From NCBI GenBank assembly GCA_964558935.1, contig CAZLFP010000004.1, positions 28,001 to 92,000 of the forward strand: a stretch of DNA of 64,000 bases, written 5' to 3'. The stretch comes from an uncultured Gammaproteobacteria bacterium (GTDB lineage: Bacteria; Patescibacteriota; Patescibacteriia; 2-01-FULL-39-33). Position numbers and translations under genes: made by a program. Under the pieces are notes generated by a model. That model worked only from the letters and a program-made list of their open reading frames with translations. It did not search any database and was not told the origin of the DNA. Positions 36,890 through 47,112 of the stretch are shown here, piece after piece (position 1 is the first letter of the stretch; every line of letters begins with the position of its first letter).

Positions 36890-38579
36890 GAACCTTATAT
36901 TTAAAAGCTGTCTTATCCCAACCATCCAACAAAAAACCGGTCTTGTAACTGTATTTAACGGGCACATTGTCTATTAAATATTTTCTTTGAAAACGGTTAT
37001 TGATAAACCCTTGATCGGTTACTTCCCGAATAGAACCATTATCTAAGAAATAGATCGCTTCTGAACCGCGATACTGAATCAAAGAATAATTGGGATAATA
37101 CACTTCAGTAATGGCCGAATTCTTTTTGTAGTCGGTTTCAAAGGCTGGCTGCATTACGATCACCCTGTCCTCATAATCCGAGCCAAAAATCTCAGCGGCC
37201 AAATCCTCAGCAATATTCTGTATCACTCCTCCGGTATTCACAATATACAGTTTAGGGCTGTTGGAATATTTAATCAGGTTGGTACCCGGTCTGATTCTAA
37301 TATTATCCCCCACTTCCAGACTGTCAAATTGAGACTGAGTAATTAATGCAATGGGCTGAGCCGCCCAATTATTGCCATACCAGCTGAAAAAGACAAACTG
37401 GTTGGGAAAAAGATGTCGGATATTCTTAGTGTCAACATAATAGACAGCTGAGTCATTGGCCAGTTTAACTAATTTGCCCAGTTGAAATTGCATCTCCGCT
37501 TCCAAGCTTTGCTGAGCGTTTAAGCGGCCAGTACCCAAATCTTCCAAATATTCCGGATTCTTGTCGGAAATATCGTCCGTGTAGTTAACCACAGCTTCAA
37601 TCACCTGTTCAGAACCCAAGTCAGGATCTTTGGATTTAACCAGTGCGGCTACGCCTGAAACCAAGGCAGTTGAAAAAGAGGTGCCATTTAAATCGTAGGA
37701 GTAATAATCTGCAAAATTAGGTTGATCCGGATCATAATATCCCAAACTCATCAGTCCCTGACCGGGTGCTGTTAAATCAATACAACTGCCGTAATTGGCA
37801 AAAGCCGCCCTTACATCTTGACTATCCACGGCTGAAGCGGCAATGATGATATTATTTCCATCATTGTCTCCGCAGCAGGCTGGATAAGCGGGTAAAAAAT
37901 CCAAATCTATGCCATCATATGCATCCTGTGTCATATTGCCGGAAGAGGTAACAACCACCACATCCTGTCTGTGAGCCCATTCAATGGCTTCAGTAATATC
38001 TGAGGTAAAATCATAACCCACAATGCTTAAATTGATGATATCAGCTCCATTATTCACTGCGTATTCAATGGCTGAGATCAAGTCAGCCACATTGCCGTCT
38101 CCGACGTGATCCATGATTCTAATCGGCATAATTTTACTTTTAAAAGCCACGCCGGTAATACCTTTATTGTTATTAGCCACAGCTGCAATTAAGCCAGCCA
38201 ACGCGGTGCCGTGATTAATACTTGCAACGTTATAATTTTCCTCTATCTTAGGATTGGGATCGGCACTGTCGGTTAGAAAATCCCAGCCATGAACATCATC
38301 CACATAGCCATTTTGGTCGTTATCTATATTATCATCAGGTATTTCATCTTGATTAATCCAAATGTTAAATTCCAAATCTGGATGATCGATATCCACTCCG
38401 GAATCAATAATTGCCACTATTACTCCCTGACCTTGACTGATATCCCAAGCTTCTTCGATGTTTATTTGATCCAAATAGACCTGCTCCGGATAGAGAGGAT
38501 CTGAAGGTACATAGGCCAAAGCGACTATTGGCAAACTAAAAACCAGACAACCAATAACAAACGACAAGCTTTTTGTCAT
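36879..38579 (-). CDS. Secreted subtilisin-like serine protease (S8) with a C-terminal beta-rich extension
   Basis: It has a signal peptide and the catalytic triad blocks VAIIDSGVD (Asp), HGTALAGLIAA (His) and GTSFSTALVSGVAAL (Ser). Confidence 0.85.
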   Translation of the reverse strand: MTKSLSFVIGCLVFSLPIVALAYVPSDPLYPEQVYLDQINIEEAWDISQGQGVIVAIIDSGVDIDHPDLEFNIWINQDEIPDDNIDNDQNGYVDDVHGWDFLTDSADPNPKIEENYNVASINHGTALAGLIAAVANNNKGITGVAFKSKIMPIRIMDHVGDGNVADLISAIEYAVNNGADIINLSIVGYDFTSDITEAIEWAHRQDVVVVTSSGNMTQDAYDGIDLDFLPAYPACCGDNDGNNIIIAASAVDSQDVRAAFANYGSCIDLTAPGQGLMSLGYYDPDQPNFADYYSYDLNGTSFSTALVSGVAALVKSKDPDLGSEQVIEAVVNYTDDISDKNPEYLEDLGTGRLNAQQSLEAEMQFQLGKLVKLANDSAVYYVDTKNIRHLFPNQFVFFSWYGNNWAAQPIALITQSQFDSLEVGDNIRIRPGTNLIKYSNSPKLYIVNTGGVIQNIAEDLAAEIFGSDYEDRVIVMQPAFETDYKKNSAITEVYYPNYSLIQYRGSEAIYFLDNGSIREVTDQGFINNRFQRKYLIDNVPVKYSYKTGFLLDGWDKTAFKYKVHDL

Positions 38580-38637
38580 AAATAAACTTCATGAATTATA
38601 CATTAATTTTACCTGATTTTGACTAAAAAGCAAAGGA

Positions 38638-38666
38638 TTGATTTTTTTCTCAAAATATTGTATAAA
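38638..38666 (+). promoter_or_regulatory. Near-consensus sigma70-like promoter TTGATT-17nt-TG-TATAAA for the plus-strand glycan operon. The -10 ends 12 nt before ATG 38679.
   Basis: Read directly from 38638-38681. A divergent extended -10 TGTATAAT for the subtilase gene lies on the minus strand at about 38595-38602. Confidence 0.45.
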
Positions 38667-38678
38667 ATAGGTATCTTT

Positions 38679-40016
38679 ATGTCGGGATTATTAATTAAAA
38701 CTAAGAAATTCATACTTTTACTGGGTGATCTGGCTTGTTTATATTTGGGCCTGTATTTAACTTTAATGGCCAGATACGGCTATCCTGTAAATGTTTCAGA
38801 TTGGCAGCGACACCTAATTCCTTTTTCCCTGGTCTTTGGTGGTTGGTTAATGCTGTTTTTTATCAATGATTTTTACAATTTAAAAGTGAGCTACAACACC
38901 AATAATTTGCTCAACAAGCTGTTAAGCACCTTAATTATTGGTGGTATCATGGCCGTACTCTTATTTTATTTTGTGGGACCGCTGATCGACACCCTTAAAC
39001 CCCAAAGAGTGCTGCTGATTGATTTGGGCATTACTCTCCTGCTACTGTTTTTTTGGAGAAAAATCTTCTATAGATTTATCAAATCAGACAGTATTGTTAA
39101 CAGAGTACTGATTATCGGTCAGACACCGCTAAGCGAAAAGTTACTTAAAGAGATTAACAGACGACCTCAACTCGGATATAGAGCACAAATCATTGCTCAA
39201 GCTTCAAATGATCTGCCTTTTTATTGTTTAGAGAACAAAATAGACATCTTGATCAGTTCCTACGAATTAAAGAATCACCCCAATACGGCTGAAAGAATCT
39301 TTAAATGCTTGGCCATGGAAGTGGATGTGTATAACATTAACAACTTTTATGAGATAATTACCAACAGAATACCGGTGGAACATATTGATCATTCTTGGTT
39401 TTTGGAGAACTTATCCGAAAATTCCAAGAAATTGTATGAGATCATTAAAAGACTTACAGATGTAGTGTTGTCTATTATCGGATTAATTGCAGCTATTCCT
39501 TTAACACCTTTTATAGCTCTAATCATTAAATTGGAAAGTCCTGGTCCTGTTATTTTTAAACAGTACAGAATTGGGAAAAATGGTAAAAAATTCTTGGCCA
39601 TGAAATTCAGATCCATGACACAGGATTCAGAAAAAGAAGGTCCTAAGTGGACAACCCAAAATGATGCTCGGGTAACAAAATTTGGTAAGTTGATACGCAA
39701 AACCAGATTAGATGAAATTCCCCAGTTAATCAATATATTAAAAGGAGAAATGAGCTTTGTGGGTCCTAGACCGGAACAGCCAGAGTTTGTAGCTACCTTA
39801 AGTGAGCAGATTCCGTTCTACAAAGAAAGATTACTGGTTAGACCAGGATTGGCCGGTTGGGGTCAATTAAATGCACCCTGGCATGGTGCGTCCAAAGAGG
39901 ACTCTTTGGAAAAATTGGAATTTGATCTGTATTACATTAAAAACAGATCACTCTTTTTTGACTTTTTAATCCTACTTAAAACCATTCGAGTCGTTTTCAT
40001 GAGGAAGGGACAATAA
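38679..40016 (+). CDS. Polyprenyl-phosphate sugar phosphotransferase (WbaP/WcaJ-like initiating PGT)
   Basis: The N-terminal TM bundle and C-terminal 'bacterial sugar transferase' domain (...KGEMSFVGPRPEQPEFV...GLAGWGQ) are present. The ORF-track start at 38619 is a TTG, so the ATG at 38679 is preferred. Confidence 0.8.
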   Translation: MSGLLIKTKKFILLLGDLACLYLGLYLTLMARYGYPVNVSDWQRHLIPFSLVFGGWLMLFFINDFYNLKVSYNTNNLLNKLLSTLIIGGIMAVLLFYFVGPLIDTLKPQRVLLIDLGITLLLLFFWRKIFYRFIKSDSIVNRVLIIGQTPLSEKLLKEINRRPQLGYRAQIIAQASNDLPFYCLENKIDILISSYELKNHPNTAERIFKCLAMEVDVYNINNFYEIITNRIPVEHIDHSWFLENLSENSKKLYEIIKRLTDVVLSIIGLIAAIPLTPFIALIIKLESPGPVIFKQYRIGKNGKKFLAMKFRSMTQDSEKEGPKWTTQNDARVTKFGKLIRKTRLDEIPQLINILKGEMSFVGPRPEQPEFVATLSEQIPFYKERLLVRPGLAGWGQLNAPWHGASKEDSLEKLEFDLYYIKNRSLFFDFLILLKTIRVVFMRKGQ

Positions 40017-41296
40017 TGTTTAATCAAATCAATTCAATGTCTGTCATTCAAAAAATAAGAACTAAAGCTTATCATTTTTTGCGCTGGACAGAAAAGTGGA
40101 CTAAAACAGATATGATTTATTTGACCAAAGGAGGTTTTTGGTTGACAATTGGACAAATTTTTTCCGCCCTATCTTCCTTTATTTTGGCAATTGCTTTTGC
40201 CAACCTATTACCCAAAGAAACATACGGCAGTTACAAATATGTCCTATCTATAGCTGGCATTTTGTCTATTTTTACTTTACCCGGCATGGGTTCGGCTTTG
40301 GTAAGATCAATAGCCAGAGGCAATGACGGTTCATTTTTATTGGCTCTAAAAACTCGCATCAGATGGGGACTGTTGGGGGGTGCAGTCAGCTTGGGCTTGG
40401 CCGTCTATTATTTTATTAACCATAGTCAACTGGCTTTAGCTTTTCTGATTGCAGCCATTTTTATTCCCTTTTTGGATTCAATTGACTTATATCGTTTTCT
40501 ACTTCAAGGTAAAAAGAAATTTGATGTTTTATCAAAATATACAATCTATATCAAAATACTGGCCACCCTTGCAATTTTAGCGGCTGTTTTTTTTAGTCAG
40601 AACTTAGTCATTATTATTATCACCTACTTTTTAGCATATACTTCGCTTAGATATATTTTTCATAAAAAGTCACTGAATTATCTAGAAAACAACAAAACCG
40701 ACCACCAAACCGTTTCATTTGGCAAGCATTTAAGCCTGGTTGAAGCGATTAGTCGAGTCTCATTCAATGTCGATAAAATATTGCTTTGGCATTTTATAGG
40801 ACCGATTGAGGTAGCTCTGTATTCAATTTCCATAGCCATACCAGAACAAATCAAAGGCTTATTTATACATATCAGTACCTTGTCCTTGCCCAAACTATCC
40901 AACAAATCAACAACTGAAATCAAGAAAAACTTAGATTATAAATTAGGTATTTTATTTTTTATTTTTGTTACTATTTTTATAATTTACTACCTGCTAGCTC
41001 CTTGCTTCTTTAAGCTATTCTTTCCTCAATACTTAGATGCTATTGTATACAGCCAAATCTATTGTGCCATTGTGCTTATGATTCCCGCTGCTTATGTCTT
41101 TGGACCCATTCTAAAATCCCAACAGAAAACAAAGCTAATCTATATTACCAATATTAGCAAAAGTGTGGTATATTTTTCTTTATTGTTAATCTTAATCCTT
41201 CTTAACAGTATGAATATTACTAATCTCATCACTGTCAAACTCATATCTGAATTATTTTTTTTACTCATTAGATACGCTTATGTCAAAAGATTATAA
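40016..41296 (+). CDS. wzx: Wzx-type polysaccharide flippase (MOP superfamily)
   Basis: It has about 12 TM helices across 426 aa, which fits the polysaccharide-biosynthesis-protein topology. It is coupled to the PGT gene (ATGA overlap). Confidence 0.65.
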   Translation: MFNQINSMSVIQKIRTKAYHFLRWTEKWTKTDMIYLTKGGFWLTIGQIFSALSSFILAIAFANLLPKETYGSYKYVLSIAGILSIFTLPGMGSALVRSIARGNDGSFLLALKTRIRWGLLGGAVSLGLAVYYFINHSQLALAFLIAAIFIPFLDSIDLYRFLLQGKKKFDVLSKYTIYIKILATLAILAAVFFSQNLVIIIITYFLAYTSLRYIFHKKSLNYLENNKTDHQTVSFGKHLSLVEAISRVSFNVDKILLWHFIGPIEVALYSISIAIPEQIKGLFIHISTLSLPKLSNKSTTEIKKNLDYKLGILFFIFVTIFIIYYLLAPCFFKLFFPQYLDAIVYSQIYCAIVLMIPAAYVFGPILKSQQKTKLIYITNISKSVVYFSLLLILILLNSMNITNLITVKLISELFFLLIRYAYVKRL

Positions 41297-42017
41297 AGCA
41301 ATTATTTTAGCAGCTGGCATGGGTATTAGGATGGGTGTTTTATCTGAAAAAATACCCAAAAACATGTTGCAAATTAAAAACAGAAGTATTTTGCACAATC
41401 AAATAACGCAACTCTACAATTGCGGTATTAGAAGTATCTATATTGTCATAGGTTACAAGAAAGAAGTGATTAAAGAATTCATTAACGGTATCCTCAGCAA
41501 CTACCCCGGCCTGAGCATTAACTTTATTGAAAATAAAATATATGATCAGACCAGTGCCATATACAGTCTTTGGCTGACAAAAGACATCTTAAGAAATAAC
41601 CATGCCCTGTATCTAAATGGAGACTGCTTTTTTGAATTCAACGTCCTCAAACAAATCATGGATTCCAACTATGAATCCTGCACCGCCATTATCAAAAATC
41701 AATACAATGAAGAACAAGTCAAGGTAACCATTAATTCAAATAATCGAATCATGGAAATCAGTAAAACCATACAACCAGCAAAAACAGACGGCGAGTTTGT
41801 GGGTGTCACCAAAATGAGTCATGCTTTTAACCAAAAACTCGTTATGGCACTGGATGAATTAATTGAGAAAGAAAATCAAATCAAGAAATTTGCCATTGAC
41901 TCATTTAATCTGTCAATTCAGAAATATCAAAATGAGATATATGCTGAATTCGTAGATAATTATCAGGTTATAGAAATTGATACCAAACAAGACTATGAAC
42001 AAGCTAAAAAATTTTAA
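41280..42017 (+). CDS. Sugar/alcohol-phosphate nucleotidyltransferase (cytidylyltransferase, LicC/IspD-like NTP_transferase fold)
   Basis: The N-terminal motif AIILAAGMGIRMG is the GxGxR NTP-binding loop. Length is 245 aa. Confidence 0.6.
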   Translation: MSKDYKAIILAAGMGIRMGVLSEKIPKNMLQIKNRSILHNQITQLYNCGIRSIYIVIGYKKEVIKEFINGILSNYPGLSINFIENKIYDQTSAIYSLWLTKDILRNNHALYLNGDCFFEFNVLKQIMDSNYESCTAIIKNQYNEEQVKVTINSNNRIMEISKTIQPAKTDGEFVGVTKMSHAFNQKLVMALDELIEKENQIKKFAIDSFNLSIQKYQNEIYAEFVDNYQVIEIDTKQDYEQAKKF

Positions 42018-43140
42018 CAATAAACTGGCTAAATATCTAATAAGCTACCCGATTTACGGCCTATCGATTTTAATTCCTAAAAATCGATATAAAGCAATCT
42101 TTATTGGCTGGCATAAAGATGAGGAGTGTGAAATTTTTGCAGATAATACTAAATATCTTTTTTTATACATCAATAATCACCCTGAGTTTAACACAAAAAT
42201 TAAAACTGTTTGGATAGCTAAAGACAAACAATTAGCCCAAAAATTGAGAGAAAAGGATTTGATATCCTACCCTACTCATAGCCCGCTAGGTATCTATCAT
42301 TCACTAACCGCTCAATACGCCTTTATTGACGCTTATCTTACTCGAGAAAACGTTCAATACCTGGGAGGCGCCAAAATTGTTCAATTATTGCACGGTAAAG
42401 GTATGAAGAAAAAGGGCTACAATAAAAAGCAAAGCAGAAAGTATAATTACATTGTCTCCCCCTCTGATTTCATAACCGATGTCCTGCCGGATCATTTCAA
42501 GCAAGACAGTCAAATCATTCCAGGTAAATTCACCAGAAATTTATTGGCATATCAAGATCAAAAAAACAGTCAGATAGGCGTGGATGAAAAAATCTGGCTA
42601 CAACTCAAAAACAGTTCCAACCAATATAATGTTCTTTACGCACCAACCTTCAGGAGAAATGAGGTAGATTTCAAAATTCAAGACATCCTGGATCTAAATG
42701 AAAAAAAACTCAAAGATAATAACATTAACCTGTATATTGCATTACACCCCAAGCTTTTTTATATCAGCAGAGAAATCAAGTCAACAGGTAATATTCATTT
42801 CATTCATAACAGTGACCTATATCCTTTATTGAAATACTTTGACCTGCTAGTTACAGACTACTCTTCAATTTTTGTCGATTTTCTACTCTACAATAAACCA
42901 ATTGTCTTCTATGCTTATGATTATCAGGACTATACTTCCAACGAAGGTTTTTTAATTGATTACCAAAAAGAGACGCCTGGAGATAAAGTTTATCAGAAAG
43001 AAGAATTAATTGATTGTATCCTGGCCAATTTAAAGACAGACAACTATTCACTACAAAGGCAAGAAATTCTCAATAAGTATTTTGATCCTAATCTTCCTCC
43101 TACACCAGATAACTATCTGAAGAAACTTTTTAAGCTCTAA
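41977..43140 (+). CDS. CDP-glycerol (or CDP-alcohol) glycerophosphotransferase, TagB/TagF family
   Basis: The C-terminal block LVTDYSSIFVDFLLYNKPIVFYAYDYQDY is the TagF-family signature (PF04464-like). Confidence 0.65.
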   Translation: MIPNKTMNKLKNFNNKLAKYLISYPIYGLSILIPKNRYKAIFIGWHKDEECEIFADNTKYLFLYINNHPEFNTKIKTVWIAKDKQLAQKLREKDLISYPTHSPLGIYHSLTAQYAFIDAYLTRENVQYLGGAKIVQLLHGKGMKKKGYNKKQSRKYNYIVSPSDFITDVLPDHFKQDSQIIPGKFTRNLLAYQDQKNSQIGVDEKIWLQLKNSSNQYNVLYAPTFRRNEVDFKIQDILDLNEKKLKDNNINLYIALHPKLFYISREIKSTGNIHFIHNSDLYPLLKYFDLLVTDYSSIFVDFLLYNKPIVFYAYDYQDYTSNEGFLIDYQKETPGDKVYQKEELIDCILANLKTDNYSLQRQEILNKYFDPNLPPTPDNYLKKLFKL

Positions 43141-44251
43141 TACAGGCTTCAAAGAGTTCCTGATATTTTCTGACATTCTCTGGCATATCAAATTTTTTAA
43201 CGCTGTCCTGGCAATTCTGGGACATCACTGAATAATTTATACCGCCAATTTTTTTAATCGCATCGATCACTGCCTCTTGGCTAAAATCTTGAATATAAAA
43301 ACCATTATAGCCGTCTATCAGCAATTCATCCGTACCGGGTGTTTTTGTGGATAATAAGGGTAGACCAAAAGCTAGGGCTTCCAAATAGGCGTTGCTTAAA
43401 CCTTCTCTTAAGGAAGTGGAGATGTAAAAATCGGATATAGATAAATATTCATAGACTTGGTCTTTGGGCAAACCGCCTAAGAAAATAACATTGGGATGCT
43501 TCGGTAAATGATCAATATTGCCATCTCCAATTATGAGCAACTTGTAATTATCTTTGATCTTACACACCTCAATAAATGAATCGATCAGTAACTTATGATT
43601 TTTAAACTTATTAATTCTAGCCACGCAGACAAACACCACATCTGTCTCATTTAATCCAAAATCTGTTTTTTTCTTGACTGTCTGATATTGAAAAATATCT
43701 CTTAAATTGACTCCGTTATGAATAACAGTAAACTTTGCTGGCTCAATTCCAGACTGTTCAATCGTTTTTTGTTTAACGGTTTCAGAGACGGCCACTATCT
43801 TATATGATAACCCGGCCAAAACTCTATCCAGCCACAATTGAAATTTAGTTTTATCCGAGTAATAATTATTCTCTCGAGTAATTATCTTATACCGATAAAT
43901 AATACTCAACACTCGAAATAACTTATTGGCAGAATACATACTTGAGACAACTATATCCAATCTTTCTCTGCCTAAATACCTCATTAATCTTATTAATTCC
44001 GGTATCTTCTTCAAAAAACTGGCATTTAAGTGAAACTTTTTAACTTTAATCTGCGGAGGAAGTTTATCAAAAAAATCCTGCTTATTTGGATAGTCAAACA
44101 AAGTTATGAGATAGATATCATATCTTTGATAATTAAAATAATTTAATTGTTCCAAAAAATGACTTTGAATTCCGCCAATTAAAAAACTGGGCATCGCAAA
44201 GGCAATTTTTATCTTTTTCAGACTTTCACTACTTCCGGTCCATTGTTCCAT
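43130..44251 (-). CDS. Family-4 glycosyltransferase
   Basis: EGLSNAYLEALAFGLPLLSTKTPG...G. Confidence 0.8.
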   Translation of the reverse strand: MEQWTGSSESLKKIKIAFAMPSFLIGGIQSHFLEQLNYFNYQRYDIYLITLFDYPNKQDFFDKLPPQIKVKKFHLNASFLKKIPELIRLMRYLGRERLDIVVSSMYSANKLFRVLSIIYRYKIITRENNYYSDKTKFQLWLDRVLAGLSYKIVAVSETVKQKTIEQSGIEPAKFTVIHNGVNLRDIFQYQTVKKKTDFGLNETDVVFVCVARINKFKNHKLLIDSFIEVCKIKDNYKLLIIGDGNIDHLPKHPNVIFLGGLPKDQVYEYLSISDFYISTSLREGLSNAYLEALAFGLPLLSTKTPGTDELLIDGYNGFYIQDFSQEAVIDAIKKIGGINYSVMSQNCQDSVKKFDMPENVRKYQELFEACIRA

Positions 44252-44261
44252 ATAATTTAAA

Positions 44262-46115
44262 TTATTTTAACAGATTACGATACCAAATTTGGAAAGTCAA
44301 GAGAGACCAAAGAATATTGAGATGATACTGTTTTCTTTCCACATGTTCTGAATATAGCTTATCGATTTCTTGAAAATTAAAATATTCTCTTGTCTGTTCA
44401 TTGTATTTCTCAGACAAGACTTGTCTGGCATAGTCTTGAAAATCCGGCTGTCTTAACCATTTAGCAGCCGGAGAAAACCAACCGCTTTTAGGTTTATTAT
44501 ATACTTCATCCGGCAAGTAGTCTCGAACAGCTTCTTTGAATACATATTTACCTTGATCAGCATTATTTATTTTAAATCTCTTGGGTATTTTCATGGATAA
44601 ATCAACCAAGTCATTATCCAACATCGGAACTCGCAATTCTAATCCATGTGCCATTGAACTGGTATCTGATATGGAAAAAGCCTGATCAACCAGCCAACTC
44701 TGGATATCTACTATCATCATTAAATCAGTATAATTCATACTTTGACCTTTAAAATATTTCTGATAAAAATGATCTTTGGCTTGCTCTGATTTATTATACC
44801 CGCTATTCAAATAACGCCGTATGATATTTTCCTTCTGTGATCTAAAATTCCAATACAATTCTAAAGCGGAATCTGAATTTATCTTTTCATATACGTGATC
44901 TTTTTTTAGAAGCTTAAAAAAATGTCGGCTAATATAATTTTTTCTCAACGGAGCCGGTATCTTTTGAATCTTGTCAATGATGTCAAAATAATAATATCTG
45001 GCATAACCACCAAAAACCTCATCTCCGCCATCCCCGCTTAAAACCACATCCACTTGTTCTTTTGCCATCTTTGAAAGCAAATACATAGAAATTTGAACAT
45101 GATTTGAGACTATATCATTCATATGATAAACAGCATGGTCAAAATTTTCTATCATATCACTTGATTTAACGAATAACCCATAATGATCCGTGGAATAAAA
45201 GTGGCTGGTTTTTTGAGCTATGTCGTGGTCACTATTATATTTATCAGCTTTTTCCTGAATATCATACCAAACACTGAATGTTTTGATTTTACCACCCAGC
45301 TGTTTGTGCATTGACCCTAGAATTGCAGTCGAATCAATACCTCCACTCAAAAAGAGTCCAACCGGCTTATCTGAAATTATTTGCCTTTCTACCGCTTTAT
45401 CAAAACACTCTCTCACCATCTTCTTTGCAGTCTGATAATTATCAATGACCGGATAATTTCTTTGTAGACTATAATATTTCTTGATTTCTAAACCAGACTC
45501 GGATAAAATCAAATAATGACCGGGACTGACTTTCTTAATACTGCGAAAAATTGTCCTGGGACCATCTATGTATGAAAAACGCAAATAAAGATTTAAAGAT
45601 ACACCATCAATTTCTTTTTTTACAAAATCATGTAAAAGAAGACACTTCATTTCTGAAGAAAAAACAAACCTAGCTCCATCCCAATAGTAAAAAAGAGGCT
45701 TAACTCCAAATCGATCTCTAGCTAAGAATAATTGCTTTTTCTCTAAATCCCATATAGCAAAAGAAAAAATGCCTTTTAGTTTTGCCAACATATCTTGCTG
45801 GTAATTCTGATACAAAGCTAATAAAACTTCAGTATCCGAATTAGAATTAAACACATATTTATCTTTCAATTCTTGCCTGAGTTCCTGGTAATTATATATT
45901 TCACCATTAAAAACAATTACCTGTTTCTGATCATTACTCAGCATTGGCTGATGACCAGCTGAGCTTAAATCCAAAATTGACAAACGAGTATGGCCGAGCG
46001 AAACCTTAGAATCTAAAAAGATGCCGTCATCATCAGGACCACGATATTTTATTTTTTGATTCATTTTCTGAATCATATTTTCGTCGCAGAAATTAAAACC
46101 GTTTATGCCGCACAT
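44262..46115 (-). CDS. asnB: Asparagine synthetase B-type glutamine amidotransferase (WbpS/AsnB-like; a likely glycan amidotransferase)
   Basis: It has the N-terminal MCGI nucleophile Cys and the PP-loop SGGIDS. Length is 617 aa. Confidence 0.8.
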   Translation of the reverse strand: MCGINGFNFCDENMIQKMNQKIKYRGPDDDGIFLDSKVSLGHTRLSILDLSSAGHQPMLSNDQKQVIVFNGEIYNYQELRQELKDKYVFNSNSDTEVLLALYQNYQQDMLAKLKGIFSFAIWDLEKKQLFLARDRFGVKPLFYYWDGARFVFSSEMKCLLLHDFVKKEIDGVSLNLYLRFSYIDGPRTIFRSIKKVSPGHYLILSESGLEIKKYYSLQRNYPVIDNYQTAKKMVRECFDKAVERQIISDKPVGLFLSGGIDSTAILGSMHKQLGGKIKTFSVWYDIQEKADKYNSDHDIAQKTSHFYSTDHYGLFVKSSDMIENFDHAVYHMNDIVSNHVQISMYLLSKMAKEQVDVVLSGDGGDEVFGGYARYYYFDIIDKIQKIPAPLRKNYISRHFFKLLKKDHVYEKINSDSALELYWNFRSQKENIIRRYLNSGYNKSEQAKDHFYQKYFKGQSMNYTDLMMIVDIQSWLVDQAFSISDTSSMAHGLELRVPMLDNDLVDLSMKIPKRFKINNADQGKYVFKEAVRDYLPDEVYNKPKSGWFSPAAKWLRQPDFQDYARQVLSEKYNEQTREYFNFQEIDKLYSEHVERKQYHLNILWSLLTFQIWYRNLLK

Positions 46116-46144
46116 AGAGTAATGAATAATTTTTAAAATTTTTC

Positions 46145-46777
46145 TTATTTCTTAAGTATAAAAAAATATCCCAACGCAAATCTTTTACTGGCTTTTGGCC
46201 TTAATTTTAAATAGATCTTGTCCAGAAAATAGTAAAATGGGAAGATAACTATCCTAGATATCTTAGGCATTGAAAAAAGAATAGTGTTAAAGTTGACATA
46301 AAAGGGTCCGCCACCAATTTCCTTGATGTCTATATCTTTAAAACCGGCTTCCGAAAAAATCTTGTCTAACGCTTCGGCTGTATATCTGAAATAATCATGT
46401 GGATCAGGATGATAGTTTACTAAAAAAGGAACAAACCCCAACACAACACCATTTTTTTTCAACACCCGATATGCTTCATTCACCACAAAACGATAATTAT
46501 AGATATGCTCTAAAATATTGAAAAGTAATATTTGATCTAGACTGGCATCATGATACGGCAAACGATCTTTTTCCAGATTATAATCAGGAATAGTCTCAAA
46601 ATCAATGATATTGAAAGTGTTCAATTGACCGGTGTTAAATAACTTTACATAACTGGGTTTCTTTCCTCCTCCAATATCCAAAACATCACCGCTTAAAGAA
46701 TGTTTAGCGATTTCAGTGTTCATCAGTAGTCTAGCTAAACTTTTATTCTGATTAAGACCCTTTAGAATACTGAACAT
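46145..46777 (-). CDS. Class I SAM-dependent methyltransferase
   Basis: Motif I is VLDIGGGKK, with motifs II/III present (ILLFNILEH, LKKNGVV). I chose the internal Met start. Confidence 0.65.
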   Translation of the reverse strand: MFSILKGLNQNKSLARLLMNTEIAKHSLSGDVLDIGGGKKPSYVKLFNTGQLNTFNIIDFETIPDYNLEKDRLPYHDASLDQILLFNILEHIYNYRFVVNEAYRVLKKNGVVLGFVPFLVNYHPDPHDYFRYTAEALDKIFSEAGFKDIDIKEIGGGPFYVNFNTILFSMPKISRIVIFPFYYFLDKIYLKLRPKASKRFALGYFFILKK

Positions 46778-46779
46778 AT

Positions 46780-47112
46780 TTATTTGTTTAAGATAAAAAA
46801 ATGATGATAAGGCATGTGAAGGGTTACGCAAATTTTTTTAATGACAATAAATATACCATCTTTTAGGGGCATATTTTCAACACTTCCAACTATATCCGGA
46901 TTTAGATCCGTATCAATATCTAAAGTGGTGCATGTGTAGCGAGTATTAACTTTAAGATAATTTGAGACTACTGAATCGCCCACTCCAATTAATAAAATAT
47001 TTTGAGGCTTAAGTCTGTCAATAGATTCCAGTTGGTACCAGTAACTTGCCCATCTTCCAAATTTACAGTACTTGCTAAAATCGTAATGTTTTTTATCAAC
47101 TTGTTTTTCCAT
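46780..47112 (-). CDS. Short (110 aa) methyltransferase-like fragment (motif I ILLIGVGDS, then it ends). Possibly a gene remnant.
   Basis: It retains only the N-terminal Rossmann part and abuts the complete MTase gene in a different frame. Confidence 0.35.
   Translation of the reverse strand: MEKQVDKKHYDFSKYCKFGRWASYWYQLESIDRLKPQNILLIGVGDSVVSNYLKVNTRYTCTTLDIDTDLNPDIVGSVENMPLKDGIFIVIKKICVTLHMPYHHFFILNK

Noticed and set aside
38619-38678. The ORF-track N-terminal extensions that start at 'M' for several genes (38619, 60568, 63811, 10936).
   Set aside because: These positions are TTG/CTG codons rendered as M by the ORF caller. In each case an in-frame ATG slightly downstream fits better with promoter or terminator positions, or the frame simply continues upstream, as for the giant protein.
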